64,000 nucleotides of DNA from a virus: positions 1 through 64,000 of the IMG/VR virus record IMGVR_UViG_3300042893_000684. One strand, written 5' to 3'. Of this stretch, positions 16,079 to 26,425 are shown piece after piece. Position 1 is the stretch's first letter; every line of letters begins with the position of its first letter. The notes below the pieces were generated by a model. It was not told where the DNA came from and did no database searches. It saw nothing but the letters and a program-made list of their open reading frames with translations. The translations under genes were made by a program, and so were the position numbers.

Positions 16079-18004
16079 ATGGCAACTACATTTCCAGCAT
16101 CAAAAGACCAACTAATTAATCCACAACCTACAGACTCAACGTCTCTAGTATCTCACGCCTCCCAACATGCAAATGCAAACGATGCCATAGAAGCTCTTGA
16201 GAATAAAGTTGGTGTTGATAACTCAACCGACCCATCTTCTCTTGACTATAAGGTTAGACAGCTAGAAATAAATTTTCAAGACCCAAACGAAATTAAAGAC
16301 CTAGCAGCTGCCTCAATATTGGGCGGTACTCACACTGGAATTACTGTGTCTTATAATGACACTACAAATATTTTAAGCTTGACGGCAACCTACGATGACG
16401 ATGAAGTAGTAACTGCAGTAGCTCAAGCACTCACAGCTGGAAATGGTATTTCAAAAACATTTAACGATACAACAAATGTAATTACTATTCAGGTTGATAC
16501 ATCTGTTATAGCTGACAGATCCTATGTAGATACAGCAATATCTAACCTTATAGATGCAGCACCAGGAGTGCTAAATACATTAAATGAAATTGCTGCAGCG
16601 ATAGGCGACGATGCAAATTTTGCAACAACGATAACAACAGCCCTTGCAACTAAACTTAATATAACTACTGCAGCAAGCACCTACCTAGCACTAGCAAACA
16701 CAACAGAAGTTGTTCAAGATGTTGTTGCAGGAATGGTCTCAGGAAACGTTTACTCTACAGGACTAGGTATTACATATGATGATCCAACAGGAAAATTAAA
16801 TTTTGAAATAACCACTAAAGATCTTCCAGGGTTTACTGAAGCCGCACAAGACTCAGTTTCTAGCCTATTCGCACACGCTGGCCATACAAATGTAACCGCT
16901 ACATATGACGATGTTGCAAATCGGATTAATTTGGCAGTAACCGCTCAGTTAACTCAAGAGCAGGCTCAAGACTATATTGCTCCTTTATTTACGCATGGAT
17001 TAAATCCTAATATTACAGCAACATATGACGATGATACAAATAAGCTTATTTTAGAAACTATTATTCCGCCATCAAAAGCCATTATGTCTGCTTCTGCTCC
17101 AGCATCACCAGCAGACGGAGCTTTCTGGTTTGATACTGATGAATACAGAAGCGGCAGCACTAGATCATTAAAAGTTTGGAATGCCCTATCTTCAACTTGG
17201 GAGTACGTATCAACAGATCTTTCTTTATCAACAACAAACACCTGGACATCTAAAAATACATTTACCAATGGTGTAATTGTTGGACTAGAGTTCCCTCCAC
17301 AAAATCCAGTACACGGACAAATTTATTACAACCTTCCTTTAGACAAACTAAAGGTGTGGACTGGTTTACTTTGGGATGATATTCAGGTTGGAGGAGGTGG
17401 AGGAGGACTTTCTCTTACACCTACAGACAACACCGCAGCTCCATCTGTTTTCTTTGTTGGACTAGTTGCACCCCCAGCAGGAGCAACACAAACTGGAGAT
17501 TTGTGGATTGATGTTGATGATATTGATACTCCTTTTAATCAATTTTATACAGGCGGTGTTGCTCCAGATCCAGAACAATATGAATTCTGGGTAGACAATG
17601 TTGAACCAATTCAAGAATTAATTTATAGCGCAGACGAACCAGGGACACCTTCATACCCAGGAGAGCTTTGGATAGATACAGATGAATTTGATGGTGCAAT
17701 TGTAGAGTTTGGAGCAACGGCTCCTAATCCAAATAACGTACAGCTATGGGTAGATATAAATGAAAACGAAAGCCCAAGCTATTATGATCAATTAACTTTT
17801 ACAAATTATGCAACAGTTGCAAACTTTCCACAAAATGCACCAAATGGTTTTGTTGCCTCAGACGCTTCAACTGGACTGGCGTACGTAAGAAGCCAAGGAC
17901 AGTGGCTAGCAATAGTAACCGCATCTAATATAAATAATATTATTTCTTCAAATTCAACAGTGTTTGAAGATTTAAAAGCTTTAGCTTGGATGGGCTTTGA
18001 ATAG
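16079..18004 (+). CDS. Tail fibre or structural protein
   Basis: H.NANDAIEALE.KVG; TYDD repeats; LNEIAAAIGDDANF; repeated P....G.LWID.D modules. Confidence 0.65.
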   Translation: MATTFPASKDQLINPQPTDSTSLVSHASQHANANDAIEALENKVGVDNSTDPSSLDYKVRQLEINFQDPNEIKDLAAASILGGTHTGITVSYNDTTNILSLTATYDDDEVVTAVAQALTAGNGISKTFNDTTNVITIQVDTSVIADRSYVDTAISNLIDAAPGVLNTLNEIAAAIGDDANFATTITTALATKLNITTAASTYLALANTTEVVQDVVAGMVSGNVYSTGLGITYDDPTGKLNFEITTKDLPGFTEAAQDSVSSLFAHAGHTNVTATYDDVANRINLAVTAQLTQEQAQDYIAPLFTHGLNPNITATYDDDTNKLILETIIPPSKAIMSASAPASPADGAFWFDTDEYRSGSTRSLKVWNALSSTWEYVSTDLSLSTTNTWTSKNTFTNGVIVGLEFPPQNPVHGQIYYNLPLDKLKVWTGLLWDDIQVGGGGGGLSLTPTDNTAAPSVFFVGLVAPPAGATQTGDLWIDVDDIDTPFNQFYTGGVAPDPEQYEFWVDNVEPIQELIYSADEPGTPSYPGELWIDTDEFDGAIVEFGATAPNPNNVQLWVDINENESPSYYDQLTFTNYATVANFPQNAPNGFVASDASTGLAYVRSQGQWLAIVTASNINNIISSNSTVFEDLKALAWMGFE

Positions 18005-18040
18005 CCATTCTGGTATAATTTAGGATAGGAGGGTCATAAA

Positions 18041-18661
18041 ATGTCACTAAAAAGATGGAACGGTACCTCATGGGTCACCGTCGCTGGTTCAAGACCAGGA
18101 CCCCAAGGTGCAACAGGACCTACAGGTTCTGCGGCAACTATTTCTGTAGGAACAGTTACAACTGTTGCAGCAGGAACAGCAGCATCAATTGTAAATGGTG
18201 GAACATCATCAGCTGCAATATTTAATTTTCAAATTCCAGCAGGACCAACTGGCGCAGCAGGTGCTGCAGGATCACAAGGTGTGGCGGGACAAAGAGGTTC
18301 TTATACATTTACAGGAATCGCTAATCCAACAGGATCAAACCCAGCAAGCAAGCTAGGATTAGACACATATTTAAATACAACAACTGGAGATTATTTTCAA
18401 TATAACTCTTCAAACACTACATGGGTTCTTCAAGGAAACTTAAAGGGACCAGTAGGAGCAGCAGGCGCACAAGGTATTACAGGACCCCAAGGTGCAACAG
18501 GACCAGCGGGAGAAACAGCAGTACAAAATGTAATAACAGAGCTAGACAGTTGGAAAGCAGACCAGATACTCAATCTTGGTGTATACTATCCAAAGTACGA
18601 GTTCTTAACAAATATGACCCAGCAAAATGCAACACTTTTAGCAACAAGCATGATATTCTAG
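18041..18661 (+). CDS. Collagen-like fibre protein
   Basis: G-X-Y triplets; VGTVTT....A...N.GT...A.F.F.IP motif. Confidence 0.7.
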   Translation: MSLKRWNGTSWVTVAGSRPGPQGATGPTGSAATISVGTVTTVAAGTAASIVNGGTSSAAIFNFQIPAGPTGAAGAAGSQGVAGQRGSYTFTGIANPTGSNPASKLGLDTYLNTTTGDYFQYNSSNTTWVLQGNLKGPVGAAGAQGITGPQGATGPAGETAVQNVITELDSWKADQILNLGVYYPKYEFLTNMTQQNATLLATSMIF

Positions 18662-18673
18662 GAGAAAACAACT

Positions 18674-21600
18674 ATGGCAAGAAAAATTTTAAGTTTAACA
18701 GATATTGATTTTGTACCAGGCACAGGAACATTAACTATTCCTAAGCTAATTCGCAGAGAAAAATTACTGTTAATTACAAATACAACAGCTAACAAGATTG
18801 TTTACAATTTTGCTGATCCTGCCCTAGGATTATATAGTCACTCATTTTCTACTCCTGCTTCAGACCCATATCATGATGCTGCTCACGGAAAAACAATATT
18901 AGTATTAAAGTACAACACATCTACAATGTTGCCTACAGATGATTGGCAAATTGTTTATGATACAGAAAATGAAGCATTTGAGCCAGCAGACTATTTGGTA
19001 GATGCGGTAGGAAAGCTTCGTACAGCAAACCCAGTATCCCTTATTGATACTGACTTTGAGTATGGTATTCAGAACTCTAAGTGGGAAACACTTACAATGA
19101 TTCAAAACTATCCAGGATTCTTTGGAAGATCCACTGGTGGAAACGCAATTGATATACAGCTAATTCAAGGAAATGGAGTTGCTCCATTATCTACAATAAC
19201 TGTTACATGTAATTCACCACACGGATTAAGCTCAGGAGATGTTATATCAGTTCAAGAAACAACTTCAGATAATGCGGATGGAACATTCCTATGCTTCCCA
19301 ACTGGAGCAACAACATTTACATATACAGCAAAAGGTGTTGTAAATGGTCCTATTCAAGATGGAACACTGACATCAATTTACGGCGGAGGAATTTTTGATA
19401 ACGCACATATTATGGGCGGAGTTGTAGGACAGCTTGGAACATTTTCTGCAGTATCAGATCAGGCTACACCTTCAAGAATTACAGTAGTTTCACCAAAGCC
19501 ACACGGACTTCTTCCAGGAACACCAATTCTTGTTACACAAAAAGAAGGAAGCAACTTCTTTGGAAGCTTCTTTATTGACACTGTAGACACACCAAACTCA
19601 ATGTCATTTATGGCAAATGGACAAATTAATAATCCAATTAACACACTTGATCAAGGATTTTATGCAAAGCCTGAAGGATATGTAAACCATAGACCACATG
19701 ACGGTGGAGTTATTATGTCTACAGGAAACAATGTGTGCGGTACACAAACAATGCGTCAAACACGTAGATACTTTAGATACCAGTCTGGTAAGTCAATTCA
19801 GTTCTCAACAGGAACAAAGTTTACACCTACATTCCAGGTAGAATATTTAGCATCTGCAGGACTAGTTCCAGGATCACAAGACATCACTGTAACTACACTT
19901 AATTCTCATAACTTACAGCCAGGAGCATACGTTAAAATTGAAGGAACAGAAACTTCTGGTTCCTATAATCCATTTAACGGAATTCATCTTGTAACATCAA
20001 TTATTGATGCTACAACATTTAAATACAATGTTGTATTTACACAAACATTATCAGCAATTGATCAAATCCCAGGCGGAGTAAATGTATTTTGTACAGCTTA
20101 TATTTGGAAGGGTGCATCAACAAGAGCTGGCCTTTATTCAGAACAAGATGGATTCTTTTTTGAATATGATGGACAAGGTATATTTGCTTGTCGTCAATGG
20201 TCAACACAGGTACTTAGAGGAAATGTTTCTGTAACTAAGTTTAACTCAACAGTAACAGGAAGCGGAACAATCTTTAGAAAGCAATTAGTTTCAGGAGATA
20301 AAATTGTAATCCGTGGACAGTCTTACAGAGTTCTTCAAATTGCTTCAGATTCTTCTTTGACAATTGCTCCCGCCTATCGTGGAGCAAGCCAAACAAGCGT
20401 TAAGGTTCGCAAGACTCAAATTATTAAAATTAAGCAGTCGGAGTGGAACCTAGACAAGTTTGATGGAAGCGGTCCATCAGGACACGTATTTGATCCATCA
20501 AAAATGCAAATGACATATATTGACTACTCCTGGTACGGAGCAGGAACAATTAGATATGGATTTAGAGGCCAAGGCGGAAAAATTACCTGGTGTCATGAAA
20601 TTTCTAATAACAATAATAACCTTGCCGCATATCAAAGATCTGGTAACCTACCAGCTAGATATGAAGCAATTAACGAACCAACAAAGTTTTCAAAGCTAGT
20701 TGCAGGAGGAACGGCAGTAAGAGGATCCAATCTTCTTCCACAAGACACAGTAATGTATATTGATAATGTAGACTACTGGCCAGCAAGTGGATTTATTAGA
20801 ATTCAAGATGAAAATTATTGTGAAATTGCACGATATACATCAATTGGTGCATACAATAATACTGCAAAGGGATACGCTATGAATCTTATTCGTAGACAGC
20901 CTTATGTTACATATTATGCAGGATCAGCTTATAGCCTTAATGGAACTTATATCGCAGCAACTTTTAGACCAGACTCAACTATTCCTGGAGGATCAGGATC
21001 TGCACAAGTTTCAGTTCAAGTTATTTCTCAAGAATGTGCTCCAGTTATGAGCCACTGGGGATCTTCAGTAATTATGGATGGAGGCTTTGATGATGATGCT
21101 TCCTTTATCTTTACAGCTGGTATGCAGCGCTACTTACAGGTCGGTGGTTCTGGATCCGTTTCAGCAACTATTGTTTCTAGAGTAAGAACATCAGGAGTTG
21201 CAACAATTACAACTTCAGCTCCCCACTCATTACTTGCTGGTTACAACGCAGTAGTTTCAGGTGTAAATGATGTATCTGTAATTACATACAAGCAGCTAAC
21301 CAATAACCAAGCAAGCCTTACAACATCTGTTGCCCACAGACACAGAGTTGGACAGACAGTAGTGGTCACTGGAGTTGATAACGTATTTAATGGTACATGG
21401 ACAATTACTGGAGTTACATCTACAACATTCTTGTTTGCTAGATCTTCCAGCAATATTCCATTCCAGGCAGTGTCATCATTTACTAGCCCAACCGCTGTAA
21501 CTTCAAGCTATTACAATGGAACGTTTTTAGTAAATAACGTTACTTCAAATACAATTTCATATGCTGTTGCACAGCCAGATGAAACTTCATCTGCGGTTAA

Positions 21601-22180
21601 CCCAAATGGAGCTGTAACACAGACGTTTGGAGCAACACAGCAGGCACGTCCTCTAATTTCACTTAGAGTTGCGCCATCTGCCGATAACGGTACTGGACGT
21701 AACTTTGGACTTCGTGAATTGTCAAACAACATGCAGTTAAAGTTATACAGCGTTAACATTCTTGCACAAGGACAGTTCCTTGTTGAAGGAATTCTAAATG
21801 CACAATCTCTAAACGGTGTAAATATTCCAAATGCATGGGCAACCGATAGGGTGGGATCAGGATCCCTTGCACAAATTATTTATCACGACGGAACTGGAGT
21901 CCCTGGATCACCAGTTCTTTCTCCTACCAATACAGTTTCTGGAGGAGACCGTGTATTTGCTTTCTACACAGATAACGGCGGAGGTACAAACTACTCTGTA
22001 ACACGTATCGATCTTACAAAGGCAAGAGACCTAGGAAACTCTATTCTAAATGGAGACGGTAGCGTTGCTACACCAGGTTTCCCAAATGCCCCAGACATCC
22101 TTACAATTGTTGCTACAAATCTTGGTTCTTCAGCGGCCAACATTTCAGCAGTTCTTGCATGGACGGAAGCGCAGGCCTAA
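18674..22180 (+). CDS. Large virion structural protein (1168 aa)
   Basis: LIDTDFEYG.Q..KWE, RYFRYQSGK, repeated T..PHGL..G..I beta modules, HWGSSVIMDG. Confidence 0.7.
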   Translation: MARKILSLTDIDFVPGTGTLTIPKLIRREKLLLITNTTANKIVYNFADPALGLYSHSFSTPASDPYHDAAHGKTILVLKYNTSTMLPTDDWQIVYDTENEAFEPADYLVDAVGKLRTANPVSLIDTDFEYGIQNSKWETLTMIQNYPGFFGRSTGGNAIDIQLIQGNGVAPLSTITVTCNSPHGLSSGDVISVQETTSDNADGTFLCFPTGATTFTYTAKGVVNGPIQDGTLTSIYGGGIFDNAHIMGGVVGQLGTFSAVSDQATPSRITVVSPKPHGLLPGTPILVTQKEGSNFFGSFFIDTVDTPNSMSFMANGQINNPINTLDQGFYAKPEGYVNHRPHDGGVIMSTGNNVCGTQTMRQTRRYFRYQSGKSIQFSTGTKFTPTFQVEYLASAGLVPGSQDITVTTLNSHNLQPGAYVKIEGTETSGSYNPFNGIHLVTSIIDATTFKYNVVFTQTLSAIDQIPGGVNVFCTAYIWKGASTRAGLYSEQDGFFFEYDGQGIFACRQWSTQVLRGNVSVTKFNSTVTGSGTIFRKQLVSGDKIVIRGQSYRVLQIASDSSLTIAPAYRGASQTSVKVRKTQIIKIKQSEWNLDKFDGSGPSGHVFDPSKMQMTYIDYSWYGAGTIRYGFRGQGGKITWCHEISNNNNNLAAYQRSGNLPARYEAINEPTKFSKLVAGGTAVRGSNLLPQDTVMYIDNVDYWPASGFIRIQDENYCEIARYTSIGAYNNTAKGYAMNLIRRQPYVTYYAGSAYSLNGTYIAATFRPDSTIPGGSGSAQVSVQVISQECAPVMSHWGSSVIMDGGFDDDASFIFTAGMQRYLQVGGSGSVSATIVSRVRTSGVATITTSAPHSLLAGYNAVVSGVNDVSVITYKQLTNNQASLTTSVAHRHRVGQTVVVTGVDNVFNGTWTITGVTSTTFLFARSSSNIPFQAVSSFTSPTAVTSSYYNGTFLVNNVTSNTISYAVAQPDETSSAVNPNGAVTQTFGATQQARPLISLRVAPSADNGTGRNFGLRELSNNMQLKLYSVNILAQGQFLVEGILNAQSLNGVNIPNAWATDRVGSGSLAQIIYHDGTGVPGSPVLSPTNTVSGGDRVFAFYTDNGGGTNYSVTRIDLTKARDLGNSILNGDGSVATPGFPNAPDILTIVATNLGSSAANISAVLAWTEAQA

Positions 22181-22183
22181 AAA

Positions 22184-22852
22184 ATGCCAGATTACTCAAC
22201 ATTAACATCACAGATTAATCAGTTTAAAACAGCAGCAACTGCTTTAATGACTAATGCTAATGATCCGTTAAATGCAAATGAGCTGCAGCTTGTCGGAGCG
22301 GCATTAAATCAGATGGGCAACACCCTAGGTGTTGCAGATATTAACAATGCTACTACAGACGCAATAGCAGTAATTAATACCGCAAAAGATTCAGCCATAA
22401 CAGCCTTTAATACTGGCACAAATGGAACAAGATTAACAGATGCAGAAGCAGACATCGTAGATCTACAAGGAAGAACAACAAATATTGAAGGATTTGTTAA
22501 TACAAATTCAGTTCAATATACAACACTTCAATCTACAGTATCTGCTCTTCAGACATCTTTATCTACAGTACCTCTTTCATGGCGGATCGCTACAACAAAT
22601 ACCACAGCGTTAAATAATGAAAGAATATTTGTAAATCAAGGTGGAATAACAGTAACTCTTCCTTTCGGCCCAACATTGGGATATACAGTTCAAATTAAAG
22701 ATGCAACAGGCACAGCAGCAACAACAAACTTTACGGTTTCAAGAAACACAGAAAAGATTGAAGGTCTTGCAGAAGATCTTATAGTAAACGTTAACTCAGC
22801 ATCTATGACTTTAGTTTACGTTAATGCAACGAGAGGATGGGTATTAACATAA
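22184..22852 (+). CDS. Fibre protein: coiled coil plus T4 gp34-like repeat
   Basis: C-terminal TVTLP..P..G..V.I.D..G......V.RN...I.G...DL......LVY.....GW. Confidence 0.65.
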   Translation: MPDYSTLTSQINQFKTAATALMTNANDPLNANELQLVGAALNQMGNTLGVADINNATTDAIAVINTAKDSAITAFNTGTNGTRLTDAEADIVDLQGRTTNIEGFVNTNSVQYTTLQSTVSALQTSLSTVPLSWRIATTNTTALNNERIFVNQGGITVTLPFGPTLGYTVQIKDATGTAATTNFTVSRNTEKIEGLAEDLIVNVNSASMTLVYVNATRGWVLT

Positions 22853-23787
22853 TGGCACTTTTTTCAGCTTTAAACGGTCCAATAACAGGAGTATCTGTAG
22901 CACAATTAGGAATTACTGCAGCATCCCTAGGAATTCAAAGTGGTCTTAGCTCAGTTCTCCCAGAAGTAACAGACGGATCAAGAAGACCATATTCTATTCC
23001 ATCTATCTATTCGGTTAATATGCGTGGAAATGCAATGTTTAACAACTACTCATGGGATAACTCAGACGACTGGACTAACTTTTATACATATCTAACTGGC
23101 ACACAGCCATGGGATGCCGAAAGAGCATTCTGGCATGCATTAGGCGGATATAGAAATATGAACGAAAACAGAAAATCTTATTGGTCAGCTGCTTATAAGC
23201 GCCTAGACTATGCAACAAATAATATGTGCGGAACATCAAACTCACGTATGCACACATGGCCTAGAACTACATGCTACGGTCCATTTGGCTCTCGTGTAAT
23301 GTTTATTCGTAACTTCGGCCCAACAAACCAGACTGTTTCAGTTTGGGGCCTAGTTGGAACCTACTGGTGCAGTGGATACGACGGAGCGGGACTTCAAGTC
23401 GGAAGACCAACCTATTCTTCAGGTAAGAATTACGCAAATGCAAACGGTATGTCATGGACAAACCTTGCAACCCTAACAGGAACTAATACGTCTAACTCAG
23501 GAATGTCTGGCTCATTTACTTTAAATGCTGGAGAATCTTGTGTAGTTCTATTGTGTAACACATTTACATATTGGACAGATACTGGTAATCAGTACCACTG
23601 GAATGAGAACAATGCGTTCTATAACCTGCAAAGCACATTTACAGGATCAAACAACTTTATTCAGCCTGACATTAGATTGACACAGGCAGCATTAATGTAT
23701 AACGAAGTAAATAATGGTAACTACACATCAACAATTGATTCCCATAAAATTTGGAATTATGCTGCAACAGTATATGGAGATAGATAA
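22852..23787 (+). CDS. Putative receptor-binding or fibre-tip protein (Asn/Trp/Tyr-rich)
   Basis: Start reassigned to the TAATG overlap; lies between a fibre gene and a fibre chaperone. Confidence 0.5.
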   Translation: MALFSALNGPITGVSVAQLGITAASLGIQSGLSSVLPEVTDGSRRPYSIPSIYSVNMRGNAMFNNYSWDNSDDWTNFYTYLTGTQPWDAERAFWHALGGYRNMNENRKSYWSAAYKRLDYATNNMCGTSNSRMHTWPRTTCYGPFGSRVMFIRNFGPTNQTVSVWGLVGTYWCSGYDGAGLQVGRPTYSSGKNYANANGMSWTNLATLTGTNTSNSGMSGSFTLNAGESCVVLLCNTFTYWTDTGNQYHWNENNAFYNLQSTFTGSNNFIQPDIRLTQAALMYNEVNNGNYTSTIDSHKIWNYAATVYGDR

Positions 23788-24194
23788 TGGACGAATTTAA
23801 AAAATATGCAAGATTTAGCCCTCAATATGATATTCAAGTTGAGACTAGAACATGGCATGAGTTTCCAACTGATAACACAGAAGATGGTTCAGAGTGGTTT
23901 GAGGTAGATGAGACATTTACTGGAGAAAGACATTTAGTTTATAATAACGGATCGCCTAGATTAATGACAGACGAAGAGCATGCCGATTGGCAGGCGGGAA
24001 TTAATTTAAGCGGAGCACTGCAAGTTGCTAGAACCAAAAGAGGCAACCTATTAAAATTATCAGACTGGGTGGAAACATCTAATTTGTCTGATGAGAAGAA
24101 AGAAGAGTGGAGAGTCTATAGACAAGCCCTCAGAGATCTTCCAGAAACCGTAACAGACTATAATATTGTGTATCCTACGGAGCCCACTTTATAA
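23787..24194 (+). CDS. Tail fibre assembly chaperone
   Basis: R.KR..LL..SDW.......KEEW..YRQALRDLP....P..P. Confidence 0.8.
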   Translation: MDEFKKYARFSPQYDIQVETRTWHEFPTDNTEDGSEWFEVDETFTGERHLVYNNGSPRLMTDEEHADWQAGINLSGALQVARTKRGNLLKLSDWVETSNLSDEKKEEWRVYRQALRDLPETVTDYNIVYPTEPTL

Positions 24195-24231
24195 TGTCAT
24201 TATGCTATACTATACAAAGAGGTGATCAATA

Positions 24232-24564
24232 ATGCCAGATTATGCAAGTTTAACGGCTCAAGTAGATCTATTTAAGACTAAGGTAGCAGCCCTTAGTGGA
24301 TCAAACCTGGGCGCACAAGAATTGGTTTATTTAGCAAAAGCTATTGAATCAATGGGAAATCTTTTGGGAGTCAACGACGTATTGGCAGCTACAAATACAA
24401 AACTTAATGACATCTCTAATGCTGTAACTGGTGCTGTAACAACAGTGTCAGCTGCAGGAAGTACACAGGTAGCCGCAGTGGCTGCAGCAGGAGCAACACA
24501 GGTAGCGGCTGTTGCAAATGAATTAAATAACTTTACAATATATCAGAATATGGGAGTAATATAA
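24232..24564 (+). CDS. Structural protein, paralog of the N-terminus of 22184..22852
   Basis: MPDYASLTAQVDLFKT vs MPDYSTLTSQINQFKT; shared A.EL.....A...MGN.LGV. Confidence 0.65.
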   Translation: MPDYASLTAQVDLFKTKVAALSGSNLGAQELVYLAKAIESMGNLLGVNDVLAATNTKLNDISNAVTGAVTTVSAAGSTQVAAVAAAGATQVAAVANELNNFTIYQNMGVI

Positions 24565-24565
24565 A

Positions 24566-24886
24566 ATGCCAACAACAGTTAGCTTACCAGCACGTTTTTA
24601 TGCAGGAACACTTACAAATGCCGAAGTAGGAGTTTGGACAGTTCCAGCAGCAGAAACAGATGTAATTACATCAATTACAGTACAAAACATCACACTTGCT
24701 GCTCAAACATTTGATGTTAAGATGGCAGGAACATTCTTGGCTTACCAGCTAAGTCTTCCACCACAGACATTTATGACTTTGGACATTAAGCAAGTTCTTA
24801 ATACAGCTGAAAGTATTCTAGTTAAAGCTTCAAATAACAACGCAGTGACGATGTTTATTTCAGGCGTAAAAATAACATCATCATAA
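24566..24886 (+). CDS. Small beta-rich virion protein
   Basis: WTVP......I.V.N ... VL...ESI...AS......ISG; similar to the N-terminus of 29016..31409. Confidence 0.6.
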   Translation: MPTTVSLPARFYAGTLTNAEVGVWTVPAAETDVITSITVQNITLAAQTFDVKMAGTFLAYQLSLPPQTFMTLDIKQVLNTAESILVKASNNNAVTMFISGVKITSS

Positions 24887-24903
24887 TTTAAAGGAGTAAT
24901 AAA

Positions 24904-25899
24904 ATGTCACAAGTTTCCAACACCACGTCATCAATTTATTTACCAGGCCTAACCACAACAATTAATGCTGCTGTAACACAGGGTCTACAGACTGGTATTA
25001 CCGCTCAAGCAATTGCTGCAGGTGGAGTAAGCTCAATGTACATGCCTCTTGAAACAAGAATTTATTCTTCTTCAAACTGGACACGTCCAGCAAACACAGG
25101 ACCAGTTATTAAACTTGTTCTTGTCGGTGGTGGAGGTTCAGGTGGATCTGGGCACTCTTGGTCACACAATGGATCTGGTGGAGGCGGAGCAGGACAACTT
25201 ATTGAAAGATGGTTAGACATTTCTTCAGTTCCAGTCGGAGGAACTATTCCAATTACTATTGGAAACGGTGGTCCAGCAGTTTCTGGAAACTCAAACGGAA
25301 ACAATGGAGCAAACTCTTCATTTGGTGTAAATGGAAATGCGTACTACTGTATTGCATACGGCGGAGGCGGCGGAGGCTATCCTTACGGTTCTGGTAACAA
25401 TGGAAACTCTGGAAGCATGGGCCAAGGAATGGGCAATCAAAATGGCGGAGGCTCAGGCGGAGGCGGCGGAGCAGGCGGAAACTGGCAATATGGCGCAGCA
25501 GGCGGAGGCGGCGGATCATCATCTGCAGGACAAAATGGCAAGAATACAACACAGACAAACGGAACTGGTAGTTCTGGATATGCTGGAGGATTTGGTTTTG
25601 GACCAGGAGCATCTGGAGGTGGAGTAGGATCAAACCACAGCTGGACATCATGGATTGGCGTTGGCGGAAAAGGTGGCGATGGACAATATGGAATTGCAGG
25701 CGGAGGCGGCGGAGGCGGCGGAGCAGGCGGAGGCGGATCCTGTGGAGGCGGAGCTGGAGGCTCACAAACAGTAGACAACTCTGGTGGTCAAGGTAGAGAC
25801 GGAACTGGCTCAGGAGGCGGCGGAAATAACCATCAATCAGGAGTTGGCGCTAAAGGAGGTGCTGGCGTAGCTATTATTACATACTACGTTAAGGCATAA
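24904..25899 (+). CDS. Glycine-rich fibre/adhesin protein
   Basis: W.RP......LVGGGG.GG...GGGG.G and many poly-Gly tracts; GG.G...I.Y at the C-terminus. Confidence 0.75.
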   Translation: MSQVSNTTSSIYLPGLTTTINAAVTQGLQTGITAQAIAAGGVSSMYMPLETRIYSSSNWTRPANTGPVIKLVLVGGGGSGGSGHSWSHNGSGGGGAGQLIERWLDISSVPVGGTIPITIGNGGPAVSGNSNGNNGANSSFGVNGNAYYCIAYGGGGGGYPYGSGNNGNSGSMGQGMGNQNGGGSGGGGGAGGNWQYGAAGGGGGSSSAGQNGKNTTQTNGTGSSGYAGGFGFGPGASGGGVGSNHSWTSWIGVGGKGGDGQYGIAGGGGGGGGAGGGGSCGGGAGGSQTVDNSGGQGRDGTGSGGGGNNHQSGVGAKGGAGVAIITYYVKA

Positions 25900-25901
25900 C
25901 T

Positions 25902-26180
25902 ATGAGAGACTATATATTTATTAATGAAGATGGAACAGTACATAACATATTGAACCTAGAAGGACCTGAAGCAATTGAAGCAAATGAAGACCTAAAAGAT
26001 CTTTTACACTTTGATTACACAGACTGGGCTTACGACGATAAGCCAGCACCAGGCTGGACATACAATAAAGATACAGAGGTCTGGACTAAGCCAGTACCAC
26101 CTATTTCAAATGTTGTTGTAGAGCACCTTGTTCCTCTTACAGAACCAGTAGCAGATACACTAGCGGGAGGTCAAGAATAA
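25902..26180 (+). CDS. Small acidic partner of the Gly-rich protein (chaperone-like)
   Basis: V.NI...; GWTY.....W..P motif. Confidence 0.55.
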   Translation: MRDYIFINEDGTVHNILNLEGPEAIEANEDLKDLLHFDYTDWAYDDKPAPGWTYNKDTEVWTKPVPPISNVVVEHLVPLTEPVADTLAGGQE

Positions 26181-26425
26181 TGTCAAGAGTATGGGCACTA
26201 TTAGTAGATAACGTTATAGGAAATGTAATTCTTGCAGAAGAAGATTTTATTGAATCTCATCCAGATTTTTCAGGATTAGATCGGATTGACATTACAGACT
26301 ATAACCCACAACCAGGAATTATGTGGGTATTAGAAGACAATAAGTTTAAGGCACCAGAATCAGTAAGACCAAAACCAGAGCATGAAGTAGAACATAGCGC
26401 TCACGAAATTGAGGTAATATCATAA
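26180..26425 (+). CDS. Small acidic partner protein, paralog of the previous gene
   Basis: WAL.....NVI....; P.PG..W......F..P. Confidence 0.55.
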   Translation: MSRVWALLVDNVIGNVILAEEDFIESHPDFSGLDRIDITDYNPQPGIMWVLEDNKFKAPESVRPKPEHEVEHSAHEIEVIS